A stretch of DNA of 62,920 nucleotides, counting the filler, from Globobulimina sp. (lineage: Eukaryota): the NCBI GenBank assembly GCA_003354225.1. It is 47 parts of 47 records of this genome, joined end to end, with 100 filler letters (N's around TTAATTAATTAA, not from the genome) between each part and the next. Parts side by side here need not be neighbours in the genome. Positions count along the whole stretch, not along the records: positions 10,737 to 11,978 come from PIVH01020274.1; positions 12,079 to 13,320 come from PIVH01020275.1; positions 13,421 to 14,661 come from PIVH01020276.1; positions 14,762 to 16,002 come from PIVH01020277.1; positions 16,103 to 17,343 come from PIVH01020278.1; positions 17,444 to 18,684 come from PIVH01020279.1; positions 18,785 to 20,025 come from PIVH01020280.1; positions 20,126 to 21,366 come from PIVH01020281.1; 39 more parts are not named here. The stretch is one strand, 5' to 3'. Both the position numbers and the translations under genes were made by a program. Positions 10,737 to 23,375 of the stretch are shown here, piece after piece. The notes below the pieces were generated by a model. That model saw only the letters and a list, made by a program, of their open reading frames with translations. It did no database searches and was not told the origin of the DNA. The first letter of the stretch is position 1; every line of letters begins with the position of its first letter.

Positions 10737-11978
10737 ATATTAATTAAAACAATGTTACAAACTTTAGGTTTTGAAAAAAAATACATTGATAAAGCTATTC
10801 GTGTTTATGAAGTTTAGTTATTTTGTTTTTTCCTAATTGTAACAAATAAGAAAATAAAATAAAATAACATTACAAAACAAGAAAAATTATGGAAGAGGTA
10901 ATTATAATCCAGACGATATAACACAAATTATTTTACGATTACAAGAGAAGGATGAGATAAAAAAGCAAAAAGAACAATTATTAGCAATGAATTTAGAGCC
11001 AAAATTAGCGGAAGAAATATTTGGAAGAGGTAAATATGGATTTGCATCAAAATCAAAATCCAAAACAAAGACCAAGACCTCTGGTTATCATAGCGGTGAT
11101 ATTGTAATTTATAGAAATGAAATTCGCGCGCAAGTCTTGGATAAATTAGACGATTACTTACAAATATCGTGGCCAATAAATAAAGCCATATATCAAAGGG
11201 CTATTTTGTGGATACATATTTTTCATATTAAGCGGAGAGAGAAAAGTCCTAAAAAAGAGAAAAAAAAAGAAAGCAAAGCACCGTTAGGCGGATTCTTTTC
11301 GATGTTCCCCGGGGCAGCGCCATCATCGCCCTCTGCCACTGACAAACAGCACAAATATCAATATAAATATGAGAAATTGTGGAAACATTTGGTTGTGGAT
11401 CAGTTCAGCCACAAAACCAATGATGAGAATGACTATGAATATGACGATGACAGTTTGCAAGCAGCAGAAGAAAAAAAAGAAGAGGAAAAAGCAGAAGATA
11501 ACAAGAATGAGATGAAGGCGAAGGATGTGAATAGAAATTGTGAGATAATGAGAATAAATGGAACTTTAATAAGGAGAACGTTTATGAATTTATGCAGTGG
11601 AAAATATGATATTTGCAGCATTTATGAGATATCCAGTAAACAACAACAAATATTTTATAATAAAAGAAAGGAAGTTATTTTACAATTTGCATTGGATTCT
11701 GATAAAGAAAAATTAAATGAACAGAGATTATGGTATCCATTGTCACGGAATAAAGTATTTAAAATTATCAATGATGGATTTAAGCGCAAATATGGTAAAT
11801 CACATTCCTTTGGTTTTGGGCATAAGTTTTATAAAAATCCACAGGATGCAATTATTAGCGATACGTTCAGAGGGAAAGTAAAAGGAAAAAGAAAAGCCGA
11901 TAATATCCGATATTTATTATATTGTTCAGTAATATGTGGCGAGTCATGTGTGGGAAATAAATATATGAAAATACCACA
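10737..11978 (+). CDS. Protein with a UBA-like N-terminal region and a degenerate PARP-like catalytic domain; intron about 10812-10881; partial
   Basis: MLQTLGFEKKYIDKAIRVYE|KNYG (UBA-like); EQRLWYPL...KIINDGF...SFGFGHKFY...RYLLYCSVICGESCVG follows the PARP catalytic pattern. Confidence 0.7.
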
Positions 11979-12080
11979 NNNNNNNNNNNNNNNNNNNNNN
12001 NNNNNNNNNNNNNNNNNNNNNNTTAATTAATTAANNNNNNNNNNNNNNNNNNNNNNNNNNNNNNNNNNNNNNNNNNNNCA

Positions 12081-13156
12081 GTGGGATATGGCGTATTATT
12101 TTATCTCCGACGTAAGATACAAGGATATTATTTTGATTATAAAGCTATTGTATCATTAAAAGATTTAGCCGGTAAAACTGCCATAATCACAGGTGGCAAT
12201 TCTGGTGTCGGCCTGGGATCAGCCATACATTTGGCCCGTTTAAATGCAAATGTTATTATTGCCTGTCGTAATGATAAAAGAGCGGCAGTCGCAGTTGAAT
12301 ATATTAAAAAGGTACACATAAAATATATTTTATATCCATGCGCATGATAACAAACTTTAGGCACATATTTAATTCGAAACAGAAATCAGGAAACAATAAT
12401 ATTAATTATATGAATTTAGATTTATCAAATTTGAAATCTGTAGAATTGTTTGCTTCGAAAATCAATGAAAATGAGGATATCTGTATTGATTATTTCATTT
12501 TAAATGCAGGAATTGCCAGAGCGTCAACGCCAAGCAATGATGGATTGGATGCAGTATTTCAAACAAATTATTTATCTCATTGGTATTTAACAAATTTAGT
12601 TTTGGATCGTATTAAACAAACTGCAAATAAGCGATGGAGTGACACTGCAAACAAATATGGTGCGCCTGTTCGAATTGTATGTGTTTCCTCAGGCGCGCAT
12701 ACTTCGAAACATATACCATTGGATGATAAGGGATGGGATAAGCTTATTAAAGGTGGCTGTGATTATGGACAAAGTAAATTGTTACAGATTGTTCATATGA
12801 AACAATTACAACAGATATTGCATGAATATGATCAAATGATACAATGTGTGAGTATTACTCCTGGAATGGTTCGAACAGGAATTGTTATTCAATTATTGCC
12901 CATGGTAATGTATCCCGTTTTTATTTTGTTGTATCCAATACATTGGTATTTATCAAGGGACATAATGATGGGATCTCAGGTTGTATTACATGCAGTGACA
13001 AATAATAAAGTTGTCAACGGTGCTTATTATTCAAATTGTAGATTAAAGCCAACAGAGGGGAAAAATGGATGCAGTAATGATGTAACTTTATGGCGTAATG
13101 TGTGGAATAGAACTGATACGTTGATAAAATCTTTGCAAGCTAATACTTTTTTTTGA
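12081..13156 (+). CDS. Short-chain dehydrogenase/reductase (retinol dehydrogenase/WWOX-like); intron 12312-12382
   Basis: TGGNSGVG, IIACRN, LDLSNLKSV, ILNAGI, FQTNYLSH, VSSGAH and YGQSK; the 71-nt GT-AG intron joins the two ORFs in frame. Confidence 0.93.
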
Positions 13157-13492
13157 CAAAGTTTTATTCACATTAATTAAGTACTAGTAATAAAAATCAC
13201 AATAATTAAAGCAACATCATATGCATCAACACAAATACCACAAGACATATCTTCAATTATATTGTGCCAAATATACATTGAATCACTATCATGGATGGAG
13301 ATAACCATCAACTGAACTATNNNNNNNNNNNNNNNNNNNNNNNNNNNNNNNNNNNNNNNNNNNNTTAATTAATTAANNNNNNNNNNNNNNNNNNNNNNNN
13401 NNNNNNNNNNNNNNNNNNNNAAATGAAAAACACAAAAGAAAACAGTTAAATAAAATAAAAAGGGGAAAATCTTCGTAAATATTAAATTATTA

Positions 13493-14661
13493 TTACTCCT
13501 CATTAAAATAAAAGTATTGCGCATAATGTTCCAAGATTGCGATTGCATTCTCTTTTTGTAACTTTCCTAATAATTTACGATACGTATAACATTTTTGTTG
13601 ATCGGGATCCAAATTCTTTTGACTACACTTTGCATCGATAATATAATTTAATGTTTTTCTACTTTCATAGCTCATACCTCCCATTGATTCAAATACTATC
13701 GGTTTGTATTTGTAATTTAAATCAACATTGTCGATAATCGCACGATATTTTCTTGTTTTTGTTGCATGGTACAAATCAGCACAAACTAATCTGTTTTCCG
13801 CACTTTTTCTCAATTTACTCTCTCTGTTCGATGTGCCAATGTCACTGACTATGTTAGTTATTCCTATATCCAATGCACCGTCGTATCTGGGAAATAATTT
13901 GTATACCATAACATCTGCCGGTTTCTTCAATGTGTTTTCGACCAAGCCGTTGAGTTCAAGGTCGCAATTAAAGCCAGCTCCTTTACATATATCCATTACT
14001 GCTACTGCCAAAGCATTGTGGCGACCAATTCTACCATGTCCAAAGGGACAATTTAAGCCATGGTCTCCAAACACATCCAATTTTGCTGTGCATAATAAAC
14101 AATCTGACTCGCCATTCATAATTGGCATATTGAGTCTTCTTTTCATCAATAATCTGAACTGAATGTTATCAAAATCTACGCCAAAACCAACCGCGGGATT
14201 CACTTTAAGCCACGAATCACATTTCCAATTTGATACTGCTTTCAATAAAGCCTTACCTCGGTCATTATATATGTTATATAAATCACTTAGATTTGACTTA
14301 TCAATGCGATCCAATAAATCCGATTGCAAATAACTTAAATTGAGTTCTTGGTCGATTCTAAACTGGGTGATTGGGTGATTGGGCGCATGCTTAGACCGCC
14401 TCGTTTACACGAAATACTTGCATGTTTTACAGTGATATCTGACATTGTTTGACCAATTATTTTACTATAAATACCAATAAATATCTCATCAAATTTGATT
14501 TGCCATTTATTAATCCCGTTGTACGATAAGTTGCGTGCCAAGTAATTAATTTTATTAATATTATAAAAATTTGATAGTAATACGTATTGATGTTGGATTG
14601 ATTTGAGTTTATGTATCATTTTGATGTTTTTAAGCCACTTTGTAACTTTATCATACATAAA
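13493..14661 (-). mobile_element. Non-LTR retrotransposon with a restriction-like endonuclease (CRE-clade-like): post-RT region, CCHC knuckle and RLE; frameshifted
   Basis: KINYLARN...HASISCKRGGL, then CLLC...DVFGDHGLNC, RHNAL, KKPAD, ALDIGIT, KTRKY and PIVFESMGG. Confidence 0.88.
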
Positions 14662-14761
14662 NNNNNNNNNNNNNNNNNNNNNNNNNNNNNNNNNNNNNNN
14701 NNNNNTTAATTAATTAANNNNNNNNNNNNNNNNNNNNNNNNNNNNNNNNNNNNNNNNNNNN

Positions 14762-16002
14762 TCAAATGAAAAAAGACAACATATCTTCTGATTTAATTAC
14801 TAAATTTATGAAATCACATGGTGGCTCCGCAGAAACTGAGGAGAAACAAGAAACAGATCCAATTAAATTAGGCTTACCTCGCAAACCAACGATAAAACCA
14901 ACCAATGGCATCACCATGAAACGGTTGCATTGGGAACCTATAAAACTAAGCAAAATCAAAGAATCAATGTGGAACAAAGTGGATCAGACTTGGAGTCATT
15001 ACAAAGCCGTGACATTCGAATTGAAATTCCAAGTTCGGAAACAAAAGCCGAAATTATCCAAAGATGCGTTGAAATGCGGCGTGAATGATGTAGACGAAAA
15101 AAAGCAAACTGAAAAGGTCAAATTTGCGAGTGATAAACGGTCGCAACAGGTTCAAATTGGGCTGAGATCGTATCATATGAGCAATCAACAGCTGCGACAA
15201 ATGATATTGGCATTGGATGATACCAAATTGGATATTGATTCGCTGAGGGCATTGATTGATATTATACCGAGTGTCGAGGAACAATTAGCCGCAGAACGAG
15301 CGAGTCAAAATCATAAAATAACAAACTTTGGCATTACGGAGAGGTTTTTCTATTCATTGTATGATATGGTTGAGATAACGCCGCGGTTTAAGAAATGGCT
15401 ATTTATGCTGCAGTTTGATGGGAAATGCGATAAATTGGAGGATATGATCACTATGGTTGAGAAAGGTAAGACTGCAATCACTCGGAGTCAGAGTTTAAGG
15501 GATATATTTGGGATATTGTTGGCGTTTGGCAATCATATGAATCATGGTAATAAAAGAGGGAATTGTTATGGCTTTCATTTATCTGCTTTGTCATTAGTTG
15601 AGTACTGTATACATAACATCTGACTGTTTCTATTCTGACTAGAATTCAGTTGCATTAATATATATTATATAGCTTCCTCAAATCAAAACATTTGACAATA
15701 GCATGTCATTCCCAATGTTTTTATACGATTTCATATGGAAAACAAATCCTAAATTATTAGATATTATCCAGCAATTCACCGTGATTGGACAAGCACAGCA
15801 TATTACGCGTACAGCCGTGGATGCAGCGTATGAAGAATTAGTGGTAGAAGTAAAAGATTTAAATGCGATGATTGAACGTTACAAAGATGAATATGTTGAC
15901 ACATTGAGTGTGGATGATAAATTCTTGGATGTTATGCAAAACTTTGCCGTGACTGCAAAGAAACGAATTTGGAAATTAAAATTTAAATATGATTCCTTTC
16001 AG
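14762..16002 (+). CDS. Formin, FH2 domain (paralog A); intron 15597-15672; partial
   Basis: MKRLHWEPI, KRSQQVQIGL, ERFFYSL, ILLAFGNHMNHG...GNCYGFHLSALSL|LPQIK; the intron restores the frame. Confidence 0.92.
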
Positions 16003-16102
16003 NNNNNNNNNNNNNNNNNNNNNNNNNNNNNNNNNNNNNNNNNNNNTTAATTAATTAANNNNNNNNNNNNNNNNNNNNNNNNNNNNNNNNNNNNNNNNNN
16101 NN

Positions 16103-17341
16103 TCTGACTTTCCTGAAGAGAAAGAAATATTATTTTTCGGTGGTGATACAGTGCTAAGAATTGCCACTATAAATCAAGTGGTTGATTGTAAGTGGATAAG
16201 TTATAGGAAATATATTGAACCGATGAATATTATTTTGCGATTAATCAATGGTTTAACTATAAAAGGACAACGCATTTTAACCAGCCACAAACAACAACAA
16301 ACTATGTTACTGTTAATAAATCATATTTTGCCAACATTTGCTTTGCAAAATCAGGATGTCATGAATGATACTGATAAATTACCATTATATATTTGCGATT
16401 TATTAACATATCATGTATCGAATCCAATTATTAAATTGAATTATATTGAGTTGAGCCATGAATATAAATGGATGAAATCAACATTTATCAAAAAACAAGA
16501 AAATGATAGTAAAATGCCTTGTATATCAAAAATTTGTATATTATTTTGCAGCTGCGATGAATTAATATTTCATATGCCAAAAGATTTTGTTTTAAGCAAA
16601 TATGAATGTTTATCATTAATAGAAGAGCTTGAATTGATATCAACAATGAATATAATGATTGTTATTCGTTTCCAATGGTTATTACAGATGCCTTCTGCAA
16701 ATGAATTAAATATAAATGAATATTTGCAAGAATTTCTCAAATTAAATTGGTTGAGACGCTTTTCCACAAATTGTGTGTCCTTTGAATATATTGGAAGATT
16801 ACAATATTCATACAATGGGCAAACATTATTCCAATCATATGTTGAGCATATGGTACACCATCCAGTTCGCAAAGAAGTTCCAAATTCAAAACAATTAAAA
16901 ATAAACTATCAAATTGAAAAAAATAAATCAAATGTTGTCCGGGTTGTTCGTTTCCGTAAAGAGAATTTCGATGAAGATTGTATTTTCGTGATAGAGTGGT
17001 ACATTCGAACACAAATAACATTATTTATACCACAACAAATCGTTGATTTGATAATATTTTATACGAGTTTTGTACATATGCTACAGCGATCAAATGCACT
17101 TCGACCAACTGATTTTCCGGATGGAATATATAAACGAGAGACATCGACATCGCCATTAATTGCAAATATTGACAAATATCCAGAACAACCATCAAATCCA
17201 AATTCCTATTCCTATTCTAACAATAATAATAATACCAATTTTAGAGTTTATTCAGTTTCGCATTCTGTAAATCCGCATAATGGTATTCGACAGATGCGAG
17301 CTGAGACATTATTCGCTGATTATTCGCTGATTATTCGCTGA
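16103..17341 (+). CDS. Divergent ADP-ribosyltransferase-like family protein (C-terminal part), 5' partial
   Basis: Contig starts in frame with SDFPEEKEILFFGGDTVLRI (ExE-type catalytic motif), similar to the protein at 37609-38726. Confidence 0.55.
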   Translation, partial: SDFPEEKEILFFGGDTVLRIATINQVVDCKWISYRKYIEPMNIILRLINGLTIKGQRILTSHKQQQTMLLLINHILPTFALQNQDVMNDTDKLPLYICDLLTYHVSNPIIKLNYIELSHEYKWMKSTFIKKQENDSKMPCISKICILFCSCDELIFHMPKDFVLSKYECLSLIEELELISTMNIMIVIRFQWLLQMPSANELNINEYLQEFLKLNWLRRFSTNCVSFEYIGRLQYSYNGQTLFQSYVEHMVHHPVRKEVPNSKQLKINYQIEKNKSNVVRVVRFRKENFDEDCIFVIEWYIRTQITLFIPQQIVDLIIFYTSFVHMLQRSNALRPTDFPDGIYKRETSTSPLIANIDKYPEQPSNPNSYSYSNNNNNTNFRVYSVSHSVNPHNGIRQMRAETLFADYSLIIR

Positions 17342-17443
17342 TCNNNNNNNNNNNNNNNNNNNNNNNNNNNNNNNNNNNNNNNNNNNNTTAATTAATTAAN
17401 NNNNNNNNNNNNNNNNNNNNNNNNNNNNNNNNNNNNNNNNNNN

Positions 17444-17732
17444 TTAGATAGGATTGTTGCTGTCAGTAAAACTGTCGTGATAACCAATACTGACAATTGC
17501 TCCCAATATATGGTCCATGATAAGAGTTATTTGTGTTAATATTCCTTGTAATCGTATCATTCAAAATGCTGATATTGGCATCATTGGTTTGTTTTGATAA
17601 TATCCATCCTTGCAATCCATTGAAATAGTCATCTGTCCAGTTTTTGTATATTGTGGTATACGCGTCGGCAGTCAATTGTGCATGACAGCGACAATATATC
17701 CAAATCAATACAAAAAGATCACTCGCTGACAT
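17444..17732 (-). CDS. Putative secreted protein, N-terminal fragment
   Basis: MSASDLFVLIWIYCRCHAQL resembles a signal peptide; continues DYFNGLQGW...YHGPY. Confidence 0.5.
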
Positions 17733-17784
17733 CTTGATAAATAATAAAAACTTTGTTACTACTATTTTGTAACTAATTTTAACC

Positions 17785-18684
17785 ATGTCATCAACTGTCA
17801 AAGTAATTACTAGTACAGATATCAAGTATGAGCCTTTGTTGCATCATGGTTGCAAAGGATGGAAGAAAAGTTTATTTTTAGATGTTGATAAGATGGAAGA
17901 TTATATATGCTCACATTGTCGCAATGTATGTAAAGATGCTGTAGAGTTAGGATGTGATCATAGTGATGAACAAATTGAGCTATTTTGTAATTTCTGTCTA
18001 CAAGAAATAGTGCAATCAAACGGAGGAAATTGTCCGATAGATTCATCTCATTCACATCCACCCATTCAATCAAACCGTCAATGTCGAAGACAAATACTTA
18101 AATTGAAAGTATGTGATATTAAATGATGTTTATTTCTTTTATTCTTTATCATCAAATTAGAATCCAATATCCATTGAAAGGTTATGTGTCGCTATTCAAG
18201 AATGTCTGAATTTGTTGAACAAAGTTCAAATGATAATAATATGGGAATTTATGACACTGCGGACATCAAAGAAGAAGGAAGTTATAACACTGATAAAAAA
18301 TATTGTGATTGGAAAGGTTCATTGCATGAACTCATCACTACTCATCTAAAACAATGCAAATGTGCTTCAAAACATGAATTGTTTATCAATATGACACATA
18401 TAAATCAGAAAATTGCAGTAATTGAGAAATATATTCAAAATAATACAGCTATAAATAAAGAGTTTGACCATTTAAAAAACACTATATTTACCCAACAAAA
18501 TAAAATGAATCAAAAAATAGAAGCACAAAATGAAGAAATTATTAATTTGACACAAAAATTACAAAAAATTGAACGTCAACTAAATGAGCAAGGAACCATA
18601 CTTCGAGCATTAGAAACGCAGCCACTTGAAACAAAAAATGATATCAAAACAGATGACTATGCGAAATATAGAAAGCAATATAAA
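17785..18684 (+). CDS. RING finger plus TRAF-type zinc finger plus coiled-coil protein; intron 18109-18180; 3' partial
   Basis: CSHC...C...GCDH...FCNFCL...CPID (RING), CDWKGSLHELITTHLKQC (zf-TRAF-like), then heptad-rich region. Confidence 0.85.
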
Positions 18685-18784
18685 NNNNNNNNNNNNNNNN
18701 NNNNNNNNNNNNNNNNNNNNNNNNNNNNTTAATTAATTAANNNNNNNNNNNNNNNNNNNNNNNNNNNNNNNNNNNNNNNNNNNN

Positions 18785-19599
18785 TCACAAAAGCCACTCC
18801 AATTCCCACGCACCCATTTGGCTCCAATGCCATATTTCTGAGAGACTGGATGGCCTTTTCTGACCCACAAATCTCGCACTCTCGGCTCATTCCCATCCAT
18901 CTCCGGCGTACTCAGTGCCAAGTTCTGTGCAATTGTTTCCGCTTCAGATTGTATATGAAACAGAAACGGTTTCAATATGAGCATGTCTGGGTCGATCAGC
19001 ACGATGATAGACTCATAAATAAAGTTTTCATCGTCAAACAGCCACTCATTAAAACCAAACGGTTTATTAAAATACCAAAATGGTCGACCGGCGTCCTCTA
19101 AATCTGGCGTATAATCCTTGTATTTGCATATATGTGTTAACAGTGCAAAAGTTGGGAAATATAATTGTATGCATACCTTGACAAAATAAAATAAAATCCT
19201 GTTGTCTTCGTTTGGTATCGCAGTTGTGTTTGCGTGTAATCTTTCTGTGTCTGTCTTGCATCCGGCGATGATACGCGTGAATCTTCCCGGTTGTTTTACC
19301 ATAGTCCAGGAATATAATAACGTTTCAAATTGCCAGTTTTGATAACCTGAGCAACCGGTGGTTACTACCATGTGTATATCATCGTAAGTACCCTCGACCA
19401 TGGCTCTTAGATCAGTTGCGAGTCTTTGTGACGGTGTTTGTGATAGAATATGACGTTTATTGTGTGTGTTGTTGGGAAGATTATTGTCCGTATGAATGTG
19501 GTGCGTGGCCTGGAATGAATTTATAATGAAATAGCATAGGATTACTAGTAATATGTAGATGGATGGGTGACATGATGGAACAAATAAAAACTTCAACAT
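18785..19599 (-). CDS. Peptidyl-serine alpha-galactosyltransferase / Hyp O-arabinosyltransferase-like glycosyltransferase (GT96/GT95-like), type II membrane; probable 60-nt intron 19117-19176; 3' partial
   Basis: N-terminal TM; HMVVTTGCSGYQNWQ, QPGRFTRIIAGC, YFNKPFGFNEWL and IVLIDPDML (DxD). Confidence 0.85.
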
Positions 19600-20657
19600 T
19601 TTTAATTTAGATTTTTGATTAACAAAAACTTTTCAGAAATAATTTATTGTGGGATATTATCCAAGATTTTGTTCAGTAAATTTGTTGGTGATGTATGTAT
19701 TAATATTATTTTTGATTTAGTTTGTAATTATTTCGGATTTTTGGAAATGTTTTCGAGACTGACAATGTCAAGACTATGTTTGAAGCGCTATATGAGTTAT
19801 CAAATTAAAGGACCTTCAATGAATTCAAAGATACCAAAAAATGAAAGCAAGAAAGCAGAGATTAAAGTGCCTTACAAATTTACAATGAGGCAAGTTTACC
19901 ACATACGAGGAAGATACGGTTAGCAGTTGTTTGTTAATTACAAATTGTACGTGTTATTTCTGGAAATTTCCTATGTATATGAAATCATCGGAAAAATACA
20001 ATATACAAAAAAGGTAAATGAGATCNNNNNNNNNNNNNNNNNNNNNNNNNNNNNNNNNNNNNNNNNNNNTTAATTAATTAANNNNNNNNNNNNNNNNNNN
20101 NNNNNNNNNNNNNNNNNNNNNNNNNTGGTTAGTAACCACCATATTTATGCAGGTAAACCTGCTGAGACGACCGAAATCGTAGACGCATTCTCTATCATTG
20201 AGATACCGAACCTTTTGTTTTTATGCTAACAGCAAAACATAGATACTTATAACATTGCGTGATGTGACAACATCTGATTTATGGGATTGACATTGGTAAG
20301 AAAGTTCTCCAAATTCTCAGAACTTCAAATTTCTCTTTTTATTGACAGAGAATAATGGCCAAATGCATCGATCCTATTGTTACTGCTTCAGAGATCAATA
20401 AAATGAAATTCATATTATAGACAATTAAAACCAAAACATATTATGAATTTATGATTTTGGCGGCACATTTGTCGTTTGATAAAAATAAACCAAACCATTG
20501 CCACCATCTTCATTCAAATAACATTCATTATTCGCTTTTTGGATTGCAACTGTATCAGTGGTCAGTTTGTCCATCTCCTTTAATTCGGATATTTAGTGCA
20601 AGAAAGAACTGAAGCAATAAAATACAAAAATTAAGTTTGATATTAAAAATGATTAAT

Positions 20658-21366
20658 TTATGATTCATCTGCAACAATTTGGGCAACGTCATTATTGACA
20701 ACAGTGATATGCTCATTATCCATTTTATTGTCCACCGCCTCGCCGTCGTCATCACTAATACTCGCAAATTGTGGCACTTTATACAAACCGACAAAATATT
20801 GCAACAAGTCATCAATTTGGATTTCTTTCCTTCTCTCAAACAGCAAATCAAAAATATCGCATAAAAACGGCAATAAATATTCACATTCCACTTTGACCAA
20901 ATTCGACAAAACTTCATCAATCTCGTCCTCCTCCGCCAAATCAGCCACATCCACTCCTTCTTTCCTCTCTGCGTTTGGTCGCGAGCTCCTTTTCCTTTTC
21001 CTCCGCCGCATCGCATCCATGCTATTCGCGCCATGCTGATGATGCTGTGACGACACACTAAATTTGCGAATGCAATGCACCGTCGATTGTATCGCATTGA
21101 TCAGACTCTCTTTGCACCGCAACATCACGGAATAGGTCACAAACTCTCGCAACTCGTTCAAGCATTTAATAAAACCATTGGTCAGCACCGCCAACGGCGG
21201 ATATTGCAATAAGATCTGCGGCACATTGATAATGTCATCGTTCTCCACATTGGCAGCCTGCTTCATATTGGACAGCAACTCGACAGTAACAAACCAATCA
21301 TGCGACGTCAACGCCGATTCGAACTGCAACACCGCCGACGCACAGTTCATGTTAAATAGTTTCACG
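20658..21366 (-). CDS. COG8: Conserved oligomeric Golgi complex subunit 8 (Dor1-like), C-terminal part
   Basis: LLQYPPLAVLTNGFIKCLNELR matches the conserved COG8 motif, preceded by AVLQFESAL..HDW. Confidence 0.75.
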
Positions 21367-21496
21367 NNNNNNNNNNNNNNNNNNNNNNNNNNNNNNNNNN
21401 NNNNNNNNNNTTAATTAATTAANNNNNNNNNNNNNNNNNNNNNNNNNNNNNNNNNNNNNNNNNNNNGATATACTGAGAAATTAGGTAAACGGTCGT

Positions 21497-22177
21497 ATGT
21501 CGGACAGAAAAAACCCCATCAAATCCGACATAATAAAGATGGTATTTTATTATTGGGCTATTTGGAGAAGCAAATGTTTGACAATTTTCACACGAGAAAG
21601 AAAGATCGGCGCCGGTTTTGGTCGTACAATGGATAAAAATTCAGAAATTAATATTTTATATAATAAATTGGTAAATGATGTAAATAAATATTTGAATGAA
21701 AATAAAGTATATCAACAGGATTTTGAGAGGATTGCAATGAATGCAACCACCAAAAAAATCAAACAGTTGGAAGGAAAAAATAAAAAAGGAACATTGGATA
21801 ATACATTGAAGGAATTAATAAATCCATTTAAAGAGAACGCGGAATTGGAAAAACAGCGAATCATCGAAGAGAGATATAATCGGCTCGCAAAAGAAAGAAA
21901 TTCTTTGAATTATGCAAATAATAAAGAAAATTCGGCAGTATTTAGTCGTTCGAATGAAAATTCTGGAAATTCAGCACTTACTTTCAGCGCAGAATTGGAC
22001 GACATTGTATTTGGATACGCGATGAAATATTTTTGTGATTTAGACAAATTTAAGATTATTGATGCAATTATTAGTGGCGCACAATATTTTCGCGAGCAGT
22101 GTATTTTGCAGAAAAGAGTCAAATTTTGCAGAAAAGAGTATTTTTTTTGTGTGCATGACTTTTTTATTCGATTTTAA
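21497..22177 (+). CDS. Hypothetical protein
   Basis: 226-codon ORF without a recognisable motif. Confidence 0.4.
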   Translation: MSDRKNPIKSDIIKMVFYYWAIWRSKCLTIFTRERKIGAGFGRTMDKNSEINILYNKLVNDVNKYLNENKVYQQDFERIAMNATTKKIKQLEGKNKKGTLDNTLKELINPFKENAELEKQRIIEERYNRLAKERNSLNYANNKENSAVFSRSNENSGNSALTFSAELDDIVFGYAMKYFCDLDKFKIIDAIISGAQYFREQCILQKRVKFCRKEYFFCVHDFFIRF

Positions 22178-22251
22178 ACGTTTTAGGTAATTTTTTGTGT
22201 TTTCGATTGATTTGTTTTTGTTTGTTATTTTTTTGCTGTATTTTTTGAACA

Positions 22252-22370
22252 TTTTTACATGTGATTTTTACATGTAATCCTTTTTATGTTTTGTATATTT
22301 TTACATGTGATTTTTTTACATGTGACTTTTTTTTAAAGCGCAGCGCCTGGTTTTTTGTTTACATGTGACC
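22252..22370. repeat. Cluster of about five TTTACATGT(G/A)A motifs
   Basis: tttacatgt recurs near 22254, 22267, 22300, 22315 and 22358. Confidence 0.7.
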
Positions 22371-23034
22371 TGGTTTTTTGTTACATTGTTGTTATTATTG
22401 TTTATTTGATTAATAACTGGCTGATTTGATGCGTTTTTGTGCTCTTTCTGGCGGTCACAAATGAATGTAATGATTTGATTCAATTCGTTTTCAAACAATC
22501 CTCGAAAAGAAGCCAATGAATTATCGATTCTTTACTGATCGCAAAATGTCTCGATATATTTCAAAATCGCTGCTTCCTTTCCAATATTTCCAAGGTCATT
22601 GTCATTGACTGTTTCGTCGTCATCATCAGCTTCAAAATCCCACTCAAATCCGGAAGATTGAGGTCGATCAAATAACGCCGGTAAAGGCCTCTCGTTGTCG
22701 TCGTTGTNNNNNNNNNNNNNNNNNNNNNNNNNNNNNNNNNNNNNNNNNNNNTTAATTAATTAANNNNNNNNNNNNNNNNNNNNNNNNNNNNNNNNNNNNN
22801 NNNNNNNGCAGAGGTTAATTCAAAACGAACTAATCTTTCGCCTTTTACTAAAGGTTACCGTGGATTGGCCTCGCAAATGCAATTTAGTTCAATTTATGCA
22901 AATGAATCTTCTTTTTGAAGGTTCACATACAATTAGACATACAATTACAAAAATGTTGTTTACAATTATAGGAGGATAGGGGACCAACCATACATATGCT
23001 AGATTTACTTAATTCGGTTCAGTGTTTAATTTAC

Positions 23035-23331
23035 ATGGAGCCGAGTGAAGTGATAATCGTTGGTTGTGGTGTGTTAGGTGCGTGCGCAGCATATTCATTT
23101 TTAAAAGCGAGTGTATCAACAATTGTGTTGGAGCAGTATTCAACACATTTACATCAAAATGGTGCATCATTTGGACAAGCAAGATGTTGGCGAGTTGCTT
23201 ATACGAATCCAATTTATGCCAATATGATGACAAAATCATTAAAAATCTGGAAAGAAATTGAACATGAAACATCAACAAATTTGTTATCGTATTGTGGCGG
23301 ATTAAGGTTTGGTGATAAAACACTGCTTTAA
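23035..23331 (+). CDS. FAD-dependent oxidoreductase (sarcosine oxidase / pipecolate oxidase-like), N-terminal fragment
   Basis: VIIVGCGVLGACAAY (GxGxxG), VLEQY, HQNGASFGQARCWRVAY, SLKIWKEIE and GGL. Confidence 0.85.
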   Translation: MEPSEVIIVGCGVLGACAAYSFLKASVSTIVLEQYSTHLHQNGASFGQARCWRVAYTNPIYANMMTKSLKIWKEIEHETSTNLLSYCGGLRFGDKTLL

Positions 23332-23375
23332 TATATCCATTTTTATTAATTGAAGCATTCATTCGTGACAATAAC

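Noticed and set aside
20555-21414. Overlapping alternative-frame and antisense ORFs (also those over the formin, SOD, RT and TERT genes)
   Set aside because: They are shadow ORFs of a better-supported coding frame and lack motifs
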